From Candidatus Dojkabacteria bacterium (GTDB lineage Bacteria; Patescibacteriota; Dojkabacteria; B142; WJKM01): a DNA stretch of 64,000 nt. The stretch is taken from positions 126,590-190,589 of the forward strand of contig WJKM01000009.1 in the NCBI GenBank assembly GCA_014729085.1, in the 5' to 3' direction. A program made the translations under genes and the position numbers. Of the stretch, positions 19,671 through 30,033 are shown one piece after another. The notes below the pieces were generated by a model. The model was not told the DNA's origin and ran no database searches. It saw nothing but the letters and a program-made list of their open reading frames with translations. The stretch's first letter is position 1, and each line of letters opens with the position of its first letter.

Positions 19671-22355
19671 ATGAAAAAAAATTGGCAAAATGAAACAAGT
19701 AAAAACGTATTTAAGATTTTAAATACAAGCCCTAAAGGACTTTCTGAAACAGAAATTAAAAAGCGTAGAGAAGAGTTTGGTCTTAATAAACTTCCTGAAC
19801 AAAAAGATAAAAATATTCTGAGCATATTTCTTAATCAGTTTAAAAGTCCTCTTATTTATATTTTAATTTTCGCAGGTATTGTTGCATTATTTATGCATGA
19901 GTATATAGATAGCGGAGTAATTTTTCTGATAATTATCATTAATAGTCTAATTGGCTTCTACGAGGAAGTTAAAGCCGAAAGAGGTATAGAGTCTTTAAAG
20001 AAGGTAAGTCCACAATACTCAACTGTAATAAGGCAAGGAATTGAAAAAAGAATCAAATCTGAAGAATTAGTAGTTGGAGATATACTTGAACTGAATTCGG
20101 GTGATAAAGTTGGGGCAGATGCTCGATTATTTAAAGCAATTAATTTAAGAACAGATGAGTCTTTATTGACAGGAGAATCCGTACCTGTCAACAAAAAAAC
20201 TGAAACAGCTGATCCGGATTTACACTTATTTGACGCAAAAAATTTAGCATTTTCCGGGACATTAGTAGTTGACGGAAGAGCTAAAGGAATAGTTGTTGCA
20301 ACTGGGGTTAATACACAGATAGGTAAAATTGCCCATAAGGTACAAACTGAAATTAAAGAAAAAACTCCCTTACAAAAAAATTTAGAAAAACTGGGAAGAA
20401 CAATTGGAAAAATTTCAATTGTATTAGTCATTCCAATATTAATACTTGGACTTTATCAGGGTAGAGAATTATTTGAAATTTTTGAAATGTCTGTAAGTTT
20501 AGCTGTCTCGGCTATTCCAGAAGGTTTACCTATTATTATTACTATTACGCTTGCTCTTGGAGTTAACAGAATGCTTAAAAATAATGCTTTGATAAGAAGA
20601 TTGCCCATAGTAGAGGTTTTGGGAAGTACAGATGTAATCTGTACAGATAAAACCGGAACTGTTACAACAAATCAAATAACAGTGAGAAAAGTACATCTGA
20701 AATTCCAAAAGTATTTATTTATAGAAGAGGTTGAGGATGAAGCGTGCAATATATTCTCTGTAAGCGAATATTGCGAGTGGGAAGAAGATGGGAAAAAAAG
20801 TGAAAGATGTAAGATTAATAAGCCAAACAAATTACATGATTTTTTAAAGAATTCAGTATTATGCTGTGATGCAACAGTTGATTTGGGAGACCCAACAGAA
20901 CAAGCATTGATTTTTGCAGCTAAAAAATGCGGAATAGATCCCGTCGAATTAAGAAAACAGAATAAAAGAATAGAAGAAATCCCTTTTTCATCTGATTATA
21001 AATACATGGTTACACATATAGAAGATAGAGGATTTATAATGAAAGGAGCAGTAGAAGAAGTACTTAAAAAATGTAGTTATGTTAGAGAAAATGGAGAAGT
21101 AAGGCCCATAGAAAATGAGGAAAAAGAGAAAATATTAGAACTAAATAAGAAACAAGCCAAAAATGGATTCAGAGTTTTAGGACTTGCACTTAAAGATGTA
21201 TCAAATTCAACCAAACTGATCCAGAATGATTTAGAAGGTTTTGTTTTTATTGGACTAGTAAGTATGATTGATCCTCCGCGTGCAGAAGTAGCGGATGCTA
21301 TTCAGTCCTGTTACGAGGCGGGAATAAGGGTTCTGATGATTACTGGAGATCATGCCTTAACAGCTGAAACCATTGCTGAGGAGGTGGGGATAGAATCTGA
21401 AGGCGTTTTAGAAGGCAAACATATTCAGGAAATGGATGACGAATCTCTTTCCGAAGCTGTTGAAAAGTGTTCGATTTATGCAAGAGTAACATCTGAAGAT
21501 AAATTGCGAATATTAAAAGCCCTACAAAGAAATGGTCATGTAGTAGGAATGGGTGGTGATGGTGTTAATGACGCTCCAGCTCTTAAAAAAGCAGAAGTAG
21601 GTTTTGCAGTTGGCTCAGGGACAGACTTAACCAAAGAAGTATCTGACATGGTTCTACTAGATGATAATTTTGCTACAATACCAAAAGTTATTAAAGAAGG
21701 GCGAGTAATTTATTCTAATATAAAAAATTATTTGAAGCTTCTCCTGTCCTCAAATTTCGATGAAATTCTAGTAGTGCTTGTATCAATTCTTATGAATTTA
21801 CCTTTGTTTTTTGCTCCAATACATATTCTTTGGATCAATCTGCTGAGCGACGGTTTACCTGCAACAGCATTAACTTTGGATCAACCGGATAAAGAAGTTA
21901 TGAAAGAAAAACCTAGGGATCCTAAGCAGTCTATAATTTCAGGAATATTTCCCATAATAATTGTTGCTGGATTAATTGCTTTTACAATGATGTTAATAGT
22001 TTTCTCATATGAATACACTTGGTGGAAGTCATTAACTGTCAATCAGAATTTACCAAAAGCACGAACTATGGTTTTTATTGCTGCAGTTATTTTTGAACTA
22101 GTTCTTGTATTTGTTATTCGTACTAAGAGATTTGCCTTCAATGGTAGTATGTTTAAGAACAAATATCTTATTTATTCAGTTTTATCTTCATTATTGTTAA
22201 TTATTGCCTCTGTTTATATTCCAATATTGAATACATTATTTAAAACTGTACCAATTCAATTAGATGACTGGATTTTCATAATATCGAGCGTTTTATCAGC
22301 AACTGGCCTTATTGAGTTATTCAAACTCTGGTATTATAAAAATAGAAGCTTTTAG
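19671..22355 (+). CDS. Cation-transporting P-type ATPase (P2A, Ca2+-type)
   Basis: LTGES, IPEGL, DKTGT, KGA, DPPR, TGD, GDGVNDAPAL, WINLLSDGLPA. Confidence 0.93.
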   Translation: MKKNWQNETSKNVFKILNTSPKGLSETEIKKRREEFGLNKLPEQKDKNILSIFLNQFKSPLIYILIFAGIVALFMHEYIDSGVIFLIIIINSLIGFYEEVKAERGIESLKKVSPQYSTVIRQGIEKRIKSEELVVGDILELNSGDKVGADARLFKAINLRTDESLLTGESVPVNKKTETADPDLHLFDAKNLAFSGTLVVDGRAKGIVVATGVNTQIGKIAHKVQTEIKEKTPLQKNLEKLGRTIGKISIVLVIPILILGLYQGRELFEIFEMSVSLAVSAIPEGLPIIITITLALGVNRMLKNNALIRRLPIVEVLGSTDVICTDKTGTVTTNQITVRKVHLKFQKYLFIEEVEDEACNIFSVSEYCEWEEDGKKSERCKINKPNKLHDFLKNSVLCCDATVDLGDPTEQALIFAAKKCGIDPVELRKQNKRIEEIPFSSDYKYMVTHIEDRGFIMKGAVEEVLKKCSYVRENGEVRPIENEEKEKILELNKKQAKNGFRVLGLALKDVSNSTKLIQNDLEGFVFIGLVSMIDPPRAEVADAIQSCYEAGIRVLMITGDHALTAETIAEEVGIESEGVLEGKHIQEMDDESLSEAVEKCSIYARVTSEDKLRILKALQRNGHVVGMGGDGVNDAPALKKAEVGFAVGSGTDLTKEVSDMVLLDDNFATIPKVIKEGRVIYSNIKNYLKLLLSSNFDEILVVLVSILMNLPLFFAPIHILWINLLSDGLPATALTLDQPDKEVMKEKPRDPKQSIISGIFPIIIVAGLIAFTMMLIVFSYEYTWWKSLTVNQNLPKARTMVFIAAVIFELVLVFVIRTKRFAFNGSMFKNKYLIYSVLSSLLLIIASVYIPILNTLFKTVPIQLDDWIFIISSVLSATGLIELFKLWYYKNRSF

Positions 22356-22371
22356 TTAAAAGACATTATTT

Positions 22372-23343
22372 ATGAATAAAGACAGAAAAGTAAAAATTGA
22401 TAAAAATGGAAGTTTAAGAATTGAAGATGACATCAATTCAGAAGATTTATGGTTTACTAAACAACAAGTTAAAGAATTACTTGGATTAGATGAAGAAAAA
22501 CTAGTTAAAGGTATGAACATAATTACAGAAAAACAAAGTATAAAAAAGGAAAAGCTATTAAAACAAGTAAGACTTGAAAATGGAACGGAATTTTTCTACA
22601 GCTTAGAAGCCATGTTTTTACTTGCTTATGAGATAGAATCTGAAAACAGTCATTTAATTAAACAATGGGTTTTTAATATATTGAAAAATTATTTAACCAA
22701 GGGATTTGTAATAGATAAAAAGAAACTATTAAGTAAACAAGAAGAACTCCACAATATATTAAAAATGTTAAGAAAAAATGTAACACTTCCTGTTTTTGAC
22801 GGTAAAGAAGATGATATTTTAGCACTGATTGAAGACTACACAACAACCTGGAATGTTTTTCATCATTGGGACAGAGAAACTCTAACTTACGACCGATTGC
22901 ACCATGACTTGAAATATAAATTAACAATTGAAGATACATACTTTGTAATAAACAAGTTAAAAAGTGAATTAACTAAAAAAGAAGAAGCTAGAGAAATATT
23001 CGGCCAGGAAGTAGATGGAGGAATAAGTACTGTAATCGAAAATATTAATCAAGCTGTGGGGGGAAAAGATCTGTATCCAAGCATTGAGGAAAAAGCAGCA
23101 CACATTTTATATCTGACAATCAAAGACCATCCGTTTGTAGATGGCAATAAAAGGATCGGATCTATGCTATTTATTTATTTTTTAAAGAGAAATGATTTTG
23201 TATGGAAAGTAAATAAGGAGCAAAAGATAAATGATAATGCACTTATTGCGCTCGCTTTACTTGTAGCAAGCAGTGATCCAAGAGATAAGGATACCATAAT
23301 CCAGTTAATCGTAAAGATTGTACAGAATGATTACGTTAGATAG
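22372..23343 (+). CDS. Fic/Doc family protein with RhuM-like N-terminal domain
   Basis: LYPSIEEKAAH and Fic motif HPFVDGNKRIG; N-terminal LWFTKQQVKELLG. Confidence 0.85.
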   Translation: MNKDRKVKIDKNGSLRIEDDINSEDLWFTKQQVKELLGLDEEKLVKGMNIITEKQSIKKEKLLKQVRLENGTEFFYSLEAMFLLAYEIESENSHLIKQWVFNILKNYLTKGFVIDKKKLLSKQEELHNILKMLRKNVTLPVFDGKEDDILALIEDYTTTWNVFHHWDRETLTYDRLHHDLKYKLTIEDTYFVINKLKSELTKKEEAREIFGQEVDGGISTVIENINQAVGGKDLYPSIEEKAAHILYLTIKDHPFVDGNKRIGSMLFIYFLKRNDFVWKVNKEQKINDNALIALALLVASSDPRDKDTIIQLIVKIVQNDYVR

Positions 23344-23354
23344 CTTATCTCAGA

Positions 23355-24599
23355 TTATTTATCATTATCTGGATTGTCATCGAAATTCACCCAAAAGCTT
23401 GGATCTGAGTTTGTAGCTTCAATCCATGCTAAAGTACTTTCACTAAAACTATCTCCAACCCCATAACCATTAATATGTCCTAAGCTTTTTAATTGGAGTG
23501 CTTCTGCAAGCATTTCAGGTGTTATGTTTTGCGTATAATCCCATGTAATATTAGGATTAAGGTGAGGTTGAATATTTTTCCACTCGGTTGACATGGCAGC
23601 GACTGGTAAATAATCTGCTAGTAAAGCAATTTCTTCTACTGGTACTTGTCCCCCTGCTGAATCAGAAACTTCATTGGAATGTCTTCTGAGAAATTCAGCC
23701 ATTCGTAAAGCAGTATTTCTAATTTCTTTATCCAAGAAATTCTTTTGATAAAAAACAGCCGATTGTGTTGCAATTTGTTCATTATAACCCTGGTTCAGGA
23801 ATACTTGCTTTAAATAATCTAGACTTGGAATTTCTGTATGAATAATGCTACAGACATCTTCACTATCACATAGTGACATAGCCCTACCTCCAAGATCTTG
23901 AACTAATCTGATATCAGAATCTAAACTTACAACGTTTTGAGGTTCTTCTTCTTCGTTGAGCCAAACATCAGTTAACCAGTCCGCATAATCAATTAGTCCA
24001 TCGCCATCAAAGTCTGGATTTCTAGGATCAAGACCTAATTCAGTTTCGATTTCATTTGATACGAAATCACCATCGATATCCGGATCTTGACTATCAGCAA
24101 TGCCATCACCATCTGTATCTTCTTCAATAATTCCTGTAAAATCAGGGTCTACTGGATCGAAGATGCCATCAGTATCATGATCTCCAAATCGTGCAAGACC
24201 TTCTGTTAAAGTACCATCCGGTTCATAAATAATATCTATTAAATCAGAAATACCATTCTGATTAAAGTCTGAATCAGCAAAACCATTGGCAACAAATGTT
24301 ATTTCTTCATCTGAATAATTAGTGAAGATTTGATCCAATTTATCGACAAAGAAACTCATCTCTTCTTCAGTTACAGTTGATGCAAGTCCGGTATTGACTA
24401 GCTCTGAGGCCTCAGGTGTAAAGGTGGGTAGAGCTGTTGGTGTAACCTCAATTTCTTCAGGAATTTGAGGTGTAGGAGAGATAGGTTCGATTGTAAGAGT
24501 AGATGTTGGGTTTTCAGCATTATCTAAGGCACATCCTGTTGCTCCTACTCATAATGTAGTAAGTAGAACACTCCAAGCTAATTTATTTTCCTGTTCCAT
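23355..24599 (-). pseudogene. Lipoprotein with Ca-binding DxDxDG repeats, interrupted by an in-frame TGA in the signal peptide (track ORF 23355..24359 is the distal part)
   Basis: Frame from ATG 24599 reads MEQENKLAWSVLLTTL*VGATGC, then a Pro/Thr linker in frame with 24359. The stop is at 24549-24551. Repeats DTDGDGIAD, DIDGD, DFDGDGLID. Confidence 0.65.
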
Positions 24600-24754
24600 A
24601 ATAATATATCTAATAAGAAAAATATTGAATGATTATATCATCCTATAACTTAATTTGTGAAGTTTAAATTATTTTTTATTGAAATTGGATTAAGTTAATA
24701 CACATCAAAACTTGGAACTGATATAATTTGTCATTAGATGTTAATTTATGAATA

Positions 24755-25651
24755 ATGAAATTAAATAAGGTTAATTTAGAAAAAACGTATAATTTCTTCA
24801 TTAAAGACCCAAAAAGAAATTCTGTGATAATCAAATGGGGACTTCTGGTTATCTTTACATTTGGAATTATTATAATTTCTTATTTTGGAATATTTCTTCC
24901 CTTTATTTTTTTGGGTGAAGATGGTTCAGAAGGGGTTGCATTTCTTTTCATGTGCTTGTTCTGTATAGGATATCTAGTATTTCTTCTATCTATCTATGGT
25001 TCTTGGTTTTATGCGAAAGGTGCTGGAATAAACAATTATAAATTTATGCGACAAAAAAATAACGAAAATATTATGCTTTCGGATATAAAGAAAAGATCGT
25101 TTATTGTAAACATTATTGAAGGATTGAAAATGGCACTTGTGTCTTTTGTTTATTTACTACCCTATATTTTTATTGTAATTTTATGGATAGTATTTATAAG
25201 TGTTGTTAGTTTTTCTATGGAATCGGGTGGATTTGAAGCAGAGGAACCAGAAGCAGCGTTTATCTTAATATATTTTATCTCAATGTTTCTTTTAGTTGGA
25301 ATACAATTCATTTATTTGTTTTTTTACAGCTGTGTACTCAAACCTATTATTTTCGAAACAATATATTCTAAAGGATATTTAGCGGCATTTAATATTTTTT
25401 ATACTTTAAAGGAATTTATACGATCCCCAAAACAGTATCTCTATAATTCTTTCATTATATTAGTCCCGTATGCTGTATGGATGGCAGTGTATATGCTTAG
25501 TGCAATATTAATGTATTTATGTATTGGAATATTTGTTATTCCTTTTGTTTATGGTTTATACTACATAATTAAAATATATATAGAACCTCATATTATATTT
25601 CTTGCAACTAGAGATAAAAATAGTTCGGAAAACACTGTAATATTAACTTAA
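24755..25651 (+). CDS. DUF4013-like multi-pass membrane protein
   Basis: About 6 TMs; EGLKMALVSFVYLLP; C-terminal LCIGIF..P. Confidence 0.6.
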   Translation: MKLNKVNLEKTYNFFIKDPKRNSVIIKWGLLVIFTFGIIIISYFGIFLPFIFLGEDGSEGVAFLFMCLFCIGYLVFLLSIYGSWFYAKGAGINNYKFMRQKNNENIMLSDIKKRSFIVNIIEGLKMALVSFVYLLPYIFIVILWIVFISVVSFSMESGGFEAEEPEAAFILIYFISMFLLVGIQFIYLFFYSCVLKPIIFETIYSKGYLAAFNIFYTLKEFIRSPKQYLYNSFIILVPYAVWMAVYMLSAILMYLCIGIFVIPFVYGLYYIIKIYIEPHIIFLATRDKNSSENTVILT

Positions 25652-25672
25652 TTAAAATCTAAAAATCATAGA

Positions 25673-26509
25673 ATGGAAATCGTAAATAAAGCTATCGATT
25701 ATATTTGGAATAGCGAGAATAAGTATAAAATAGGTGCCTGGTGGGCTCTTTGGTTAGTCGCAAGTATTGCAATTATGTTTCCAATTGGATTTGTTTATGG
25801 ATTTTTGTCTTCAATTTTTATGATGGATGGCAATAAAACAATGTATGTTGTTTCATATATTGTTTTTGTCCTGGTAATACCAATATTCCAAGCATTGGTA
25901 CAATCAGTACCTTTAGGAAATTATTTAAGGAATTTTGATTCGGTTTTAAATTCTAATGAAAGCATTATTCTAGAATTCCCTTTTGATAATTTCAAAGAAA
26001 AATTTGTAAAAGGTATTAAGTTTTATGTTGTGTTCTTTTATTATTCACTACCCCTACAGATCATAACAACATCGATCGGTATTTTTCAGGTAGTTAATCA
26101 GGTAAATAATATAAATAATGAAGTGTTGAATCTTATACTTACGGTAATTTCCTGGGGAAGTATTGTACTGTATTCTTTGTTAATGAAATTCTTTTTGAAA
26201 CCTGCAATAACACATGTAGCTGCCCAAAATGGATTTAGAAAGGCATTGTCAATTAAAAAAATTATTGAAGAGGTTAAATTGAATTTTCCGGATATGATGA
26301 GGGTTGGATTAATTCTCTTTCTATTTAGTATGGTCTTTGGGATTGGTCTTATGATTTCAGCATTTTCAATATTATTGTGCATAGGTGTGTTTCTTTTTCC
26401 AATTATGCTTGTTGTACTTCAGATTGTTAATATATACGTCGAACCGTTTTTAATGGCGCAAATATTTATAGATAACAACACGAAAGAGAATCAAGTTGAA
26501 TTAAAATAA
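25673..26509 (+). CDS. DUF4013-like multi-pass membrane protein (tandem paralogue)
   Basis: KGIKFYVVFFYYSLP; shares LCIG(I/V)F..P...IY(I/V)EP with the upstream gene. Confidence 0.6.
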   Translation: MEIVNKAIDYIWNSENKYKIGAWWALWLVASIAIMFPIGFVYGFLSSIFMMDGNKTMYVVSYIVFVLVIPIFQALVQSVPLGNYLRNFDSVLNSNESIILEFPFDNFKEKFVKGIKFYVVFFYYSLPLQIITTSIGIFQVVNQVNNINNEVLNLILTVISWGSIVLYSLLMKFFLKPAITHVAAQNGFRKALSIKKIIEEVKLNFPDMMRVGLILFLFSMVFGIGLMISAFSILLCIGVFLFPIMLVVLQIVNIYVEPFLMAQIFIDNNTKENQVELK

Positions 26510-26526
26510 ATTTTATAAATAATGAT

Positions 26527-27225
26527 ATGCAAGATCTACGTTCATATAAAATTAAAAATCCATATAGAGCAGATCAGGAAATTAAACAAGAAGTCAGTAT
26601 CTCACAAAATCTAGTTTATGATTATTCAGATACACCTTGGATTTCAGTTGATACAGAGTATTTATCTTTTAATCCGCTACAGGATAAGTTGTGTGTGATT
26701 CAGATTGCATCTAAAGAAAATGTAGAAGCTGAAAATTTAAGAGTTGAAGTAATTTATGTGTTTGACCAGGAACCAACAGATGAACTTATAAAATTATTTA
26801 CGAATAAAAAAATAGAGAAAATTTTCCATGTCTTTTCTGCAGATGTACCTAGAATAGAGAATTATTTGGGAACGAAAATTAAGGGATCAATTTTTGACAC
26901 AAAAGTAGCGGCCAAAATTGCATGGACAAATACTCAAAATCATGGAATGAAGAGCTTGATTAGAATGTTCGCTGATCCTGATTTTCACCAACTAGATTCA
27001 GATAATGGATTAAATGATTGGGAGATTGGGCCAGAAAATTGGTCTAATGACCAAATATATTACATGATGCAGGATGTAATTTATTTAGATGTTCTTAGAA
27101 ACAGGATCCTTGACATGGCTGAAAGAAGAGGGGTTAAGGAACTTGTCTTAGAAACAATGAAAACTATTCCTGTATTGGTTCAATTATATAGAAATGGCTA
27201 TACAGAAAACGTACTTAGCTACTAA
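26527..27225 (+). CDS. RNase D-like 3'-5' exonuclease (DEDDy)
   Basis: SVDTE, LCVIQIA, KIFH, IFDTKVA, YMMQDVIYL. Confidence 0.85.
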   Translation: MQDLRSYKIKNPYRADQEIKQEVSISQNLVYDYSDTPWISVDTEYLSFNPLQDKLCVIQIASKENVEAENLRVEVIYVFDQEPTDELIKLFTNKKIEKIFHVFSADVPRIENYLGTKIKGSIFDTKVAAKIAWTNTQNHGMKSLIRMFADPDFHQLDSDNGLNDWEIGPENWSNDQIYYMMQDVIYLDVLRNRILDMAERRGVKELVLETMKTIPVLVQLYRNGYTENVLSY

Positions 27226-27844
27226 TCTTTCTACTCCGTAATAAGAATAGGGAAATAATTCCTCCAATAAATATTAATATTGCAGATAGAGTAAACAGTA
27301 ATTCAAAATTTTGAGTTTTTGAAACTATGTAACCTCCAGCTGATGAAAAGAATGCAATCGAAATGCAAATAATTACATCATATAAACTATATTCGACTCC
27401 TTCATGACCTTTATCTACAAAATTAGCAAATGTTTTTCTCCAGGCTGGAAGATTAATAGATGTTCCCAAGCCAATCAAAAACTGTATAAAGTATAATTGC
27501 CACGGAAATATAATAAAACGGAAAGAAAAGATTCCAAGAGACATGAGGCAGGCACCGAGAAAAATTGCAACTGATTCATCTATATAAGACTTTTGTTTGT
27601 CTAAGAATTGAGCAATTGGAATTTGAAAGACAGATCTCGAAAACATGAATATTGAAAATCCAAACGCTATAGCTTCTAGGGGATTAACAGCAATTTTGTG
27701 TTCCAGATAAATTGCCACGACAGTATTCATCATGTTATATCCTCCCCAAACAAAACTATCTGAGTAAGTTAAGGTTTGAATAATTTTATTTAATTGTAAT
27801 TTCTGAAATTTTCCGAAAAAATGTTTGTTGTGGTTCATAAGCAA
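27215..27844 (-). CDS. Half-size (6-TM) MFS-family transporter
   Basis: Six hydrophobic segments; QIPIAQFLDK, QFLIGLG, DKGHEGVEYS. Confidence 0.7.
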   Translation of the reverse strand: MLMNHNKHFFGKFQKLQLNKIIQTLTYSDSFVWGGYNMMNTVVAIYLEHKIAVNPLEAIAFGFSIFMFSRSVFQIPIAQFLDKQKSYIDESVAIFLGACLMSLGIFSFRFIIFPWQLYFIQFLIGLGTSINLPAWRKTFANFVDKGHEGVEYSLYDVIICISIAFFSSAGGYIVSKTQNFELLFTLSAILIFIGGIISLFLLRSRKISS

Positions 27845-27941
27845 AGATCTTAATAATTGAGATTGTTAGTAATAAGATTAGAGGATTTTTGGAGTAAATG
27901 CAAAAATAAAGACAGATATACTTTTTTATTTGCTAATTCTT

Positions 27942-28544
27942 TTATTTCTTTAAATCATCCATAATTTTAAAAGCCTTTCCGTTCTCAATCTCTTCTTTTC
28001 TTATTTGTAACTGATTTCTAAAAATTTGATTTGCGGTTTCGGTAAAGAATGAATTTTTAGATCTGAATTCCAAAGCTTCCTGTGGTGTTACATTATATGC
28101 GACAGCATCACTGTAGAAAGATTCTTTATACGTATCTGATAAATTATCTGCATCTACCATACATTCAATATTTTTATCTCCTCCAGGCTTTTTGGATTTA
28201 TGATTTGTAACAACATGAATAATCTGGTATATTTTACTTTTAGAATATTGCAATTCTTGTAAAATTTTTTTAATTAGAGGGACAGCTTTTTCTAAATGCT
28301 GTTTTTCTGCTTCAATTTTATCCTTGTGTGTTTTTGCAAACTGAAATTTTCTGGGAACATTAATCCACCCAATATCATGAAGCATGGCAGCTGGAATTAG
28401 TATATCAGGATTACCTCCTTCACCTTCAATGATTTCTTCCATGGCTCTTGTTACCATTTTACTGTGCAAAACGTAGTCTTTTTTGCCTATCCCGTTTAAC
28501 TTGTTTTTGACTATATCCCATAAATTTTTATATTGTCTCTTCAT
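27942..28544 (-). CDS. HD-domain phosphohydrolase
   Basis: H...AAMLHDIGW...H...VDADNL. Confidence 0.85.
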   Translation of the reverse strand: MKRQYKNLWDIVKNKLNGIGKKDYVLHSKMVTRAMEEIIEGEGGNPDILIPAAMLHDIGWINVPRKFQFAKTHKDKIEAEKQHLEKAVPLIKKILQELQYSKSKIYQIIHVVTNHKSKKPGGDKNIECMVDADNLSDTYKESFYSDAVAYNVTPQEALEFRSKNSFFTETANQIFRNQLQIRKEEIENGKAFKIMDDLKK

Positions 28545-28655
28545 TTTTTTCTTAGTAATTTTAAATCAATAAATTATAATATGCTGAATTAATATAATAA
28601 AGTGAAATTTATAAAATTATGAAAAATAATATATAATACAGAGCAGCATACAAAT

Positions 28656-28729
28656 GGGGTTATAGTTCAGCTGGCTAGAACGTCTCGCTGGCAGCGAGAA
28701 GGTCAGGGGTTCGAGTCCCCTTAACTCCA
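28656..28729 (+). tRNA. tRNA-Ala(GGC)
   Basis: Cloverleaf: acceptor GGGGTTA/TAACTCC with G3:U70, anticodon arm TCTCG-ctGGCag-CGAGA, T-loop TTCGAGT; CCA not fully encoded. Confidence 0.96.
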
Positions 28730-28773
28730 CTTAAGTTAAGAAATATTTTATAAGAAGACTAAGTCACTATATG

Positions 28774-29919
28774 TCAATATCCTTCAAGCGCTGCTAAATA
28801 TGCTGCACCGCTGTTAGATAAATTTCCACTTGGAACATTTCCAGATAGTACTACTTGGGGACGTGCATCAGTATAACTTGTTAAATATTGATCTGTTTTC
28901 CAAGGGTACCCTGGAATTTTATCAAAAAGAGAACCATGTAAACCCACTGCTACTCCGTCCAGATTACCAGGGAGAGAGGTAGCATGTGCTATTCCTAATG
29001 CAGCATGAGCTCCAATTCTAGCAGCATTATCGTACAAATCAACAGCTGTTTCATAACCAACACCGAATAATCTTCCAATATCTGGACCAGTAAGTGTTGG
29101 ATTATCATACAATCGCCGGGCTAAACTTTCAACTCCTTTTCCAGAACCGACCCATTCAAGGCAAGTACGTTGATCATCATGTACTGAGCAGTGCTGAAGG
29201 GTTTGTTCGTGAGGATTCAAATTAGGATCTAGACGTGGATGTCCACCTTCAGTAGGAATAACTCTACCAGAAATAGGATCCCATACTGCAACTCCAAGAC
29301 CTGTACCCTGAATTAGTAAAATGGCACCATTTTCTGTGAGGTCTGGGTGTTCTGCTACTAAACCAGTAACTCCAGCTTCTGCATCATTTAGACTTACTAC
29401 AGTTGTACCTTCTGGGAACAAACATCTGAGATCAAATTCATGTTGTTGTAAATATTGTCTGAAGCCGGGTGAATTTGTTGGTATATATTTGTGTCCATCA
29501 TGCCTTCCAGCTGCGTTAAATGCTATTGGAATAGCAGGATCTAGTTCACTAGAGATTCCTCCAATAAAATCAGCATAACTTTTACCAGTTGGGTCATTTA
29601 ATCTGAATGCATTTTGTTCGCATAATTCATCGGTTGGTACAAATAATCCCTCTTCATTAATTTGACCAGGACGGAACCAACAGTTTGTTCCACCTACTTC
29701 AAAAACTGCAACTGGTGGTTTACTCTCTCCAATTTCTCGCAACTTGTCTTTCATCTCAGCAGGATGAATAATTCGGCCACTTGGGCGGATTAATGCTGAT
29801 TCCGTTGTAAAAGCATCAATTTGAGTAGGTACGTAAGGTAAGGGTTTTCTTTGAAGGAACATTTGCTCCCCTTCACACGGAGATTTTTCAGGAGGGAAAG
29901 GGTTTAAGATTTCTTCCAT
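28774..29919 (-). CDS. ROK-family sugar kinase-like protein
   Basis: EVGGTN, SLNDA, GTGLG, EGGH, C...CLEWVGSGKG; noticeably higher GC than its neighbours. Confidence 0.75.
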   Translation of the reverse strand: MEEILNPFPPEKSPCEGEQMFLQRKPLPYVPTQIDAFTTESALIRPSGRIIHPAEMKDKLREIGESKPPVAVFEVGGTNCWFRPGQINEEGLFVPTDELCEQNAFRLNDPTGKSYADFIGGISSELDPAIPIAFNAAGRHDGHKYIPTNSPGFRQYLQQHEFDLRCLFPEGTTVVSLNDAEAGVTGLVAEHPDLTENGAILLIQGTGLGVAVWDPISGRVIPTEGGHPRLDPNLNPHEQTLQHCSVHDDQRTCLEWVGSGKGVESLARRLYDNPTLTGPDIGRLFGVGYETAVDLYDNAARIGAHAALGIAHATSLPGNLDGVAVGLHGSLFDKIPGYPWKTDQYLTSYTDARPQVVLSGNVPSGNLSNSGAAYLAALEGY

Positions 29920-30033
29920 TTTATTTGAATAATATAACCTATAATTTTGAATTGCTTGAATTATATCATATTAATATAAGTTATAAATTTGATAATTATT
30001 ATAAATTCAAAGTAAAAATGATAAAATTTAAAT

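Noticed and set aside
24549-24551. Genetic code 25 (TGA=Gly) for the whole window
   Set aside because: TGA is the natural terminator of map (6462-64), NUDIX and U32, and long genes have no internal TGA. Only this one in-frame case was seen.
28656-28729. tRNA-Ala as a second island integration site
   Set aside because: I found no duplicate of its 3' end and no integrase nearby.
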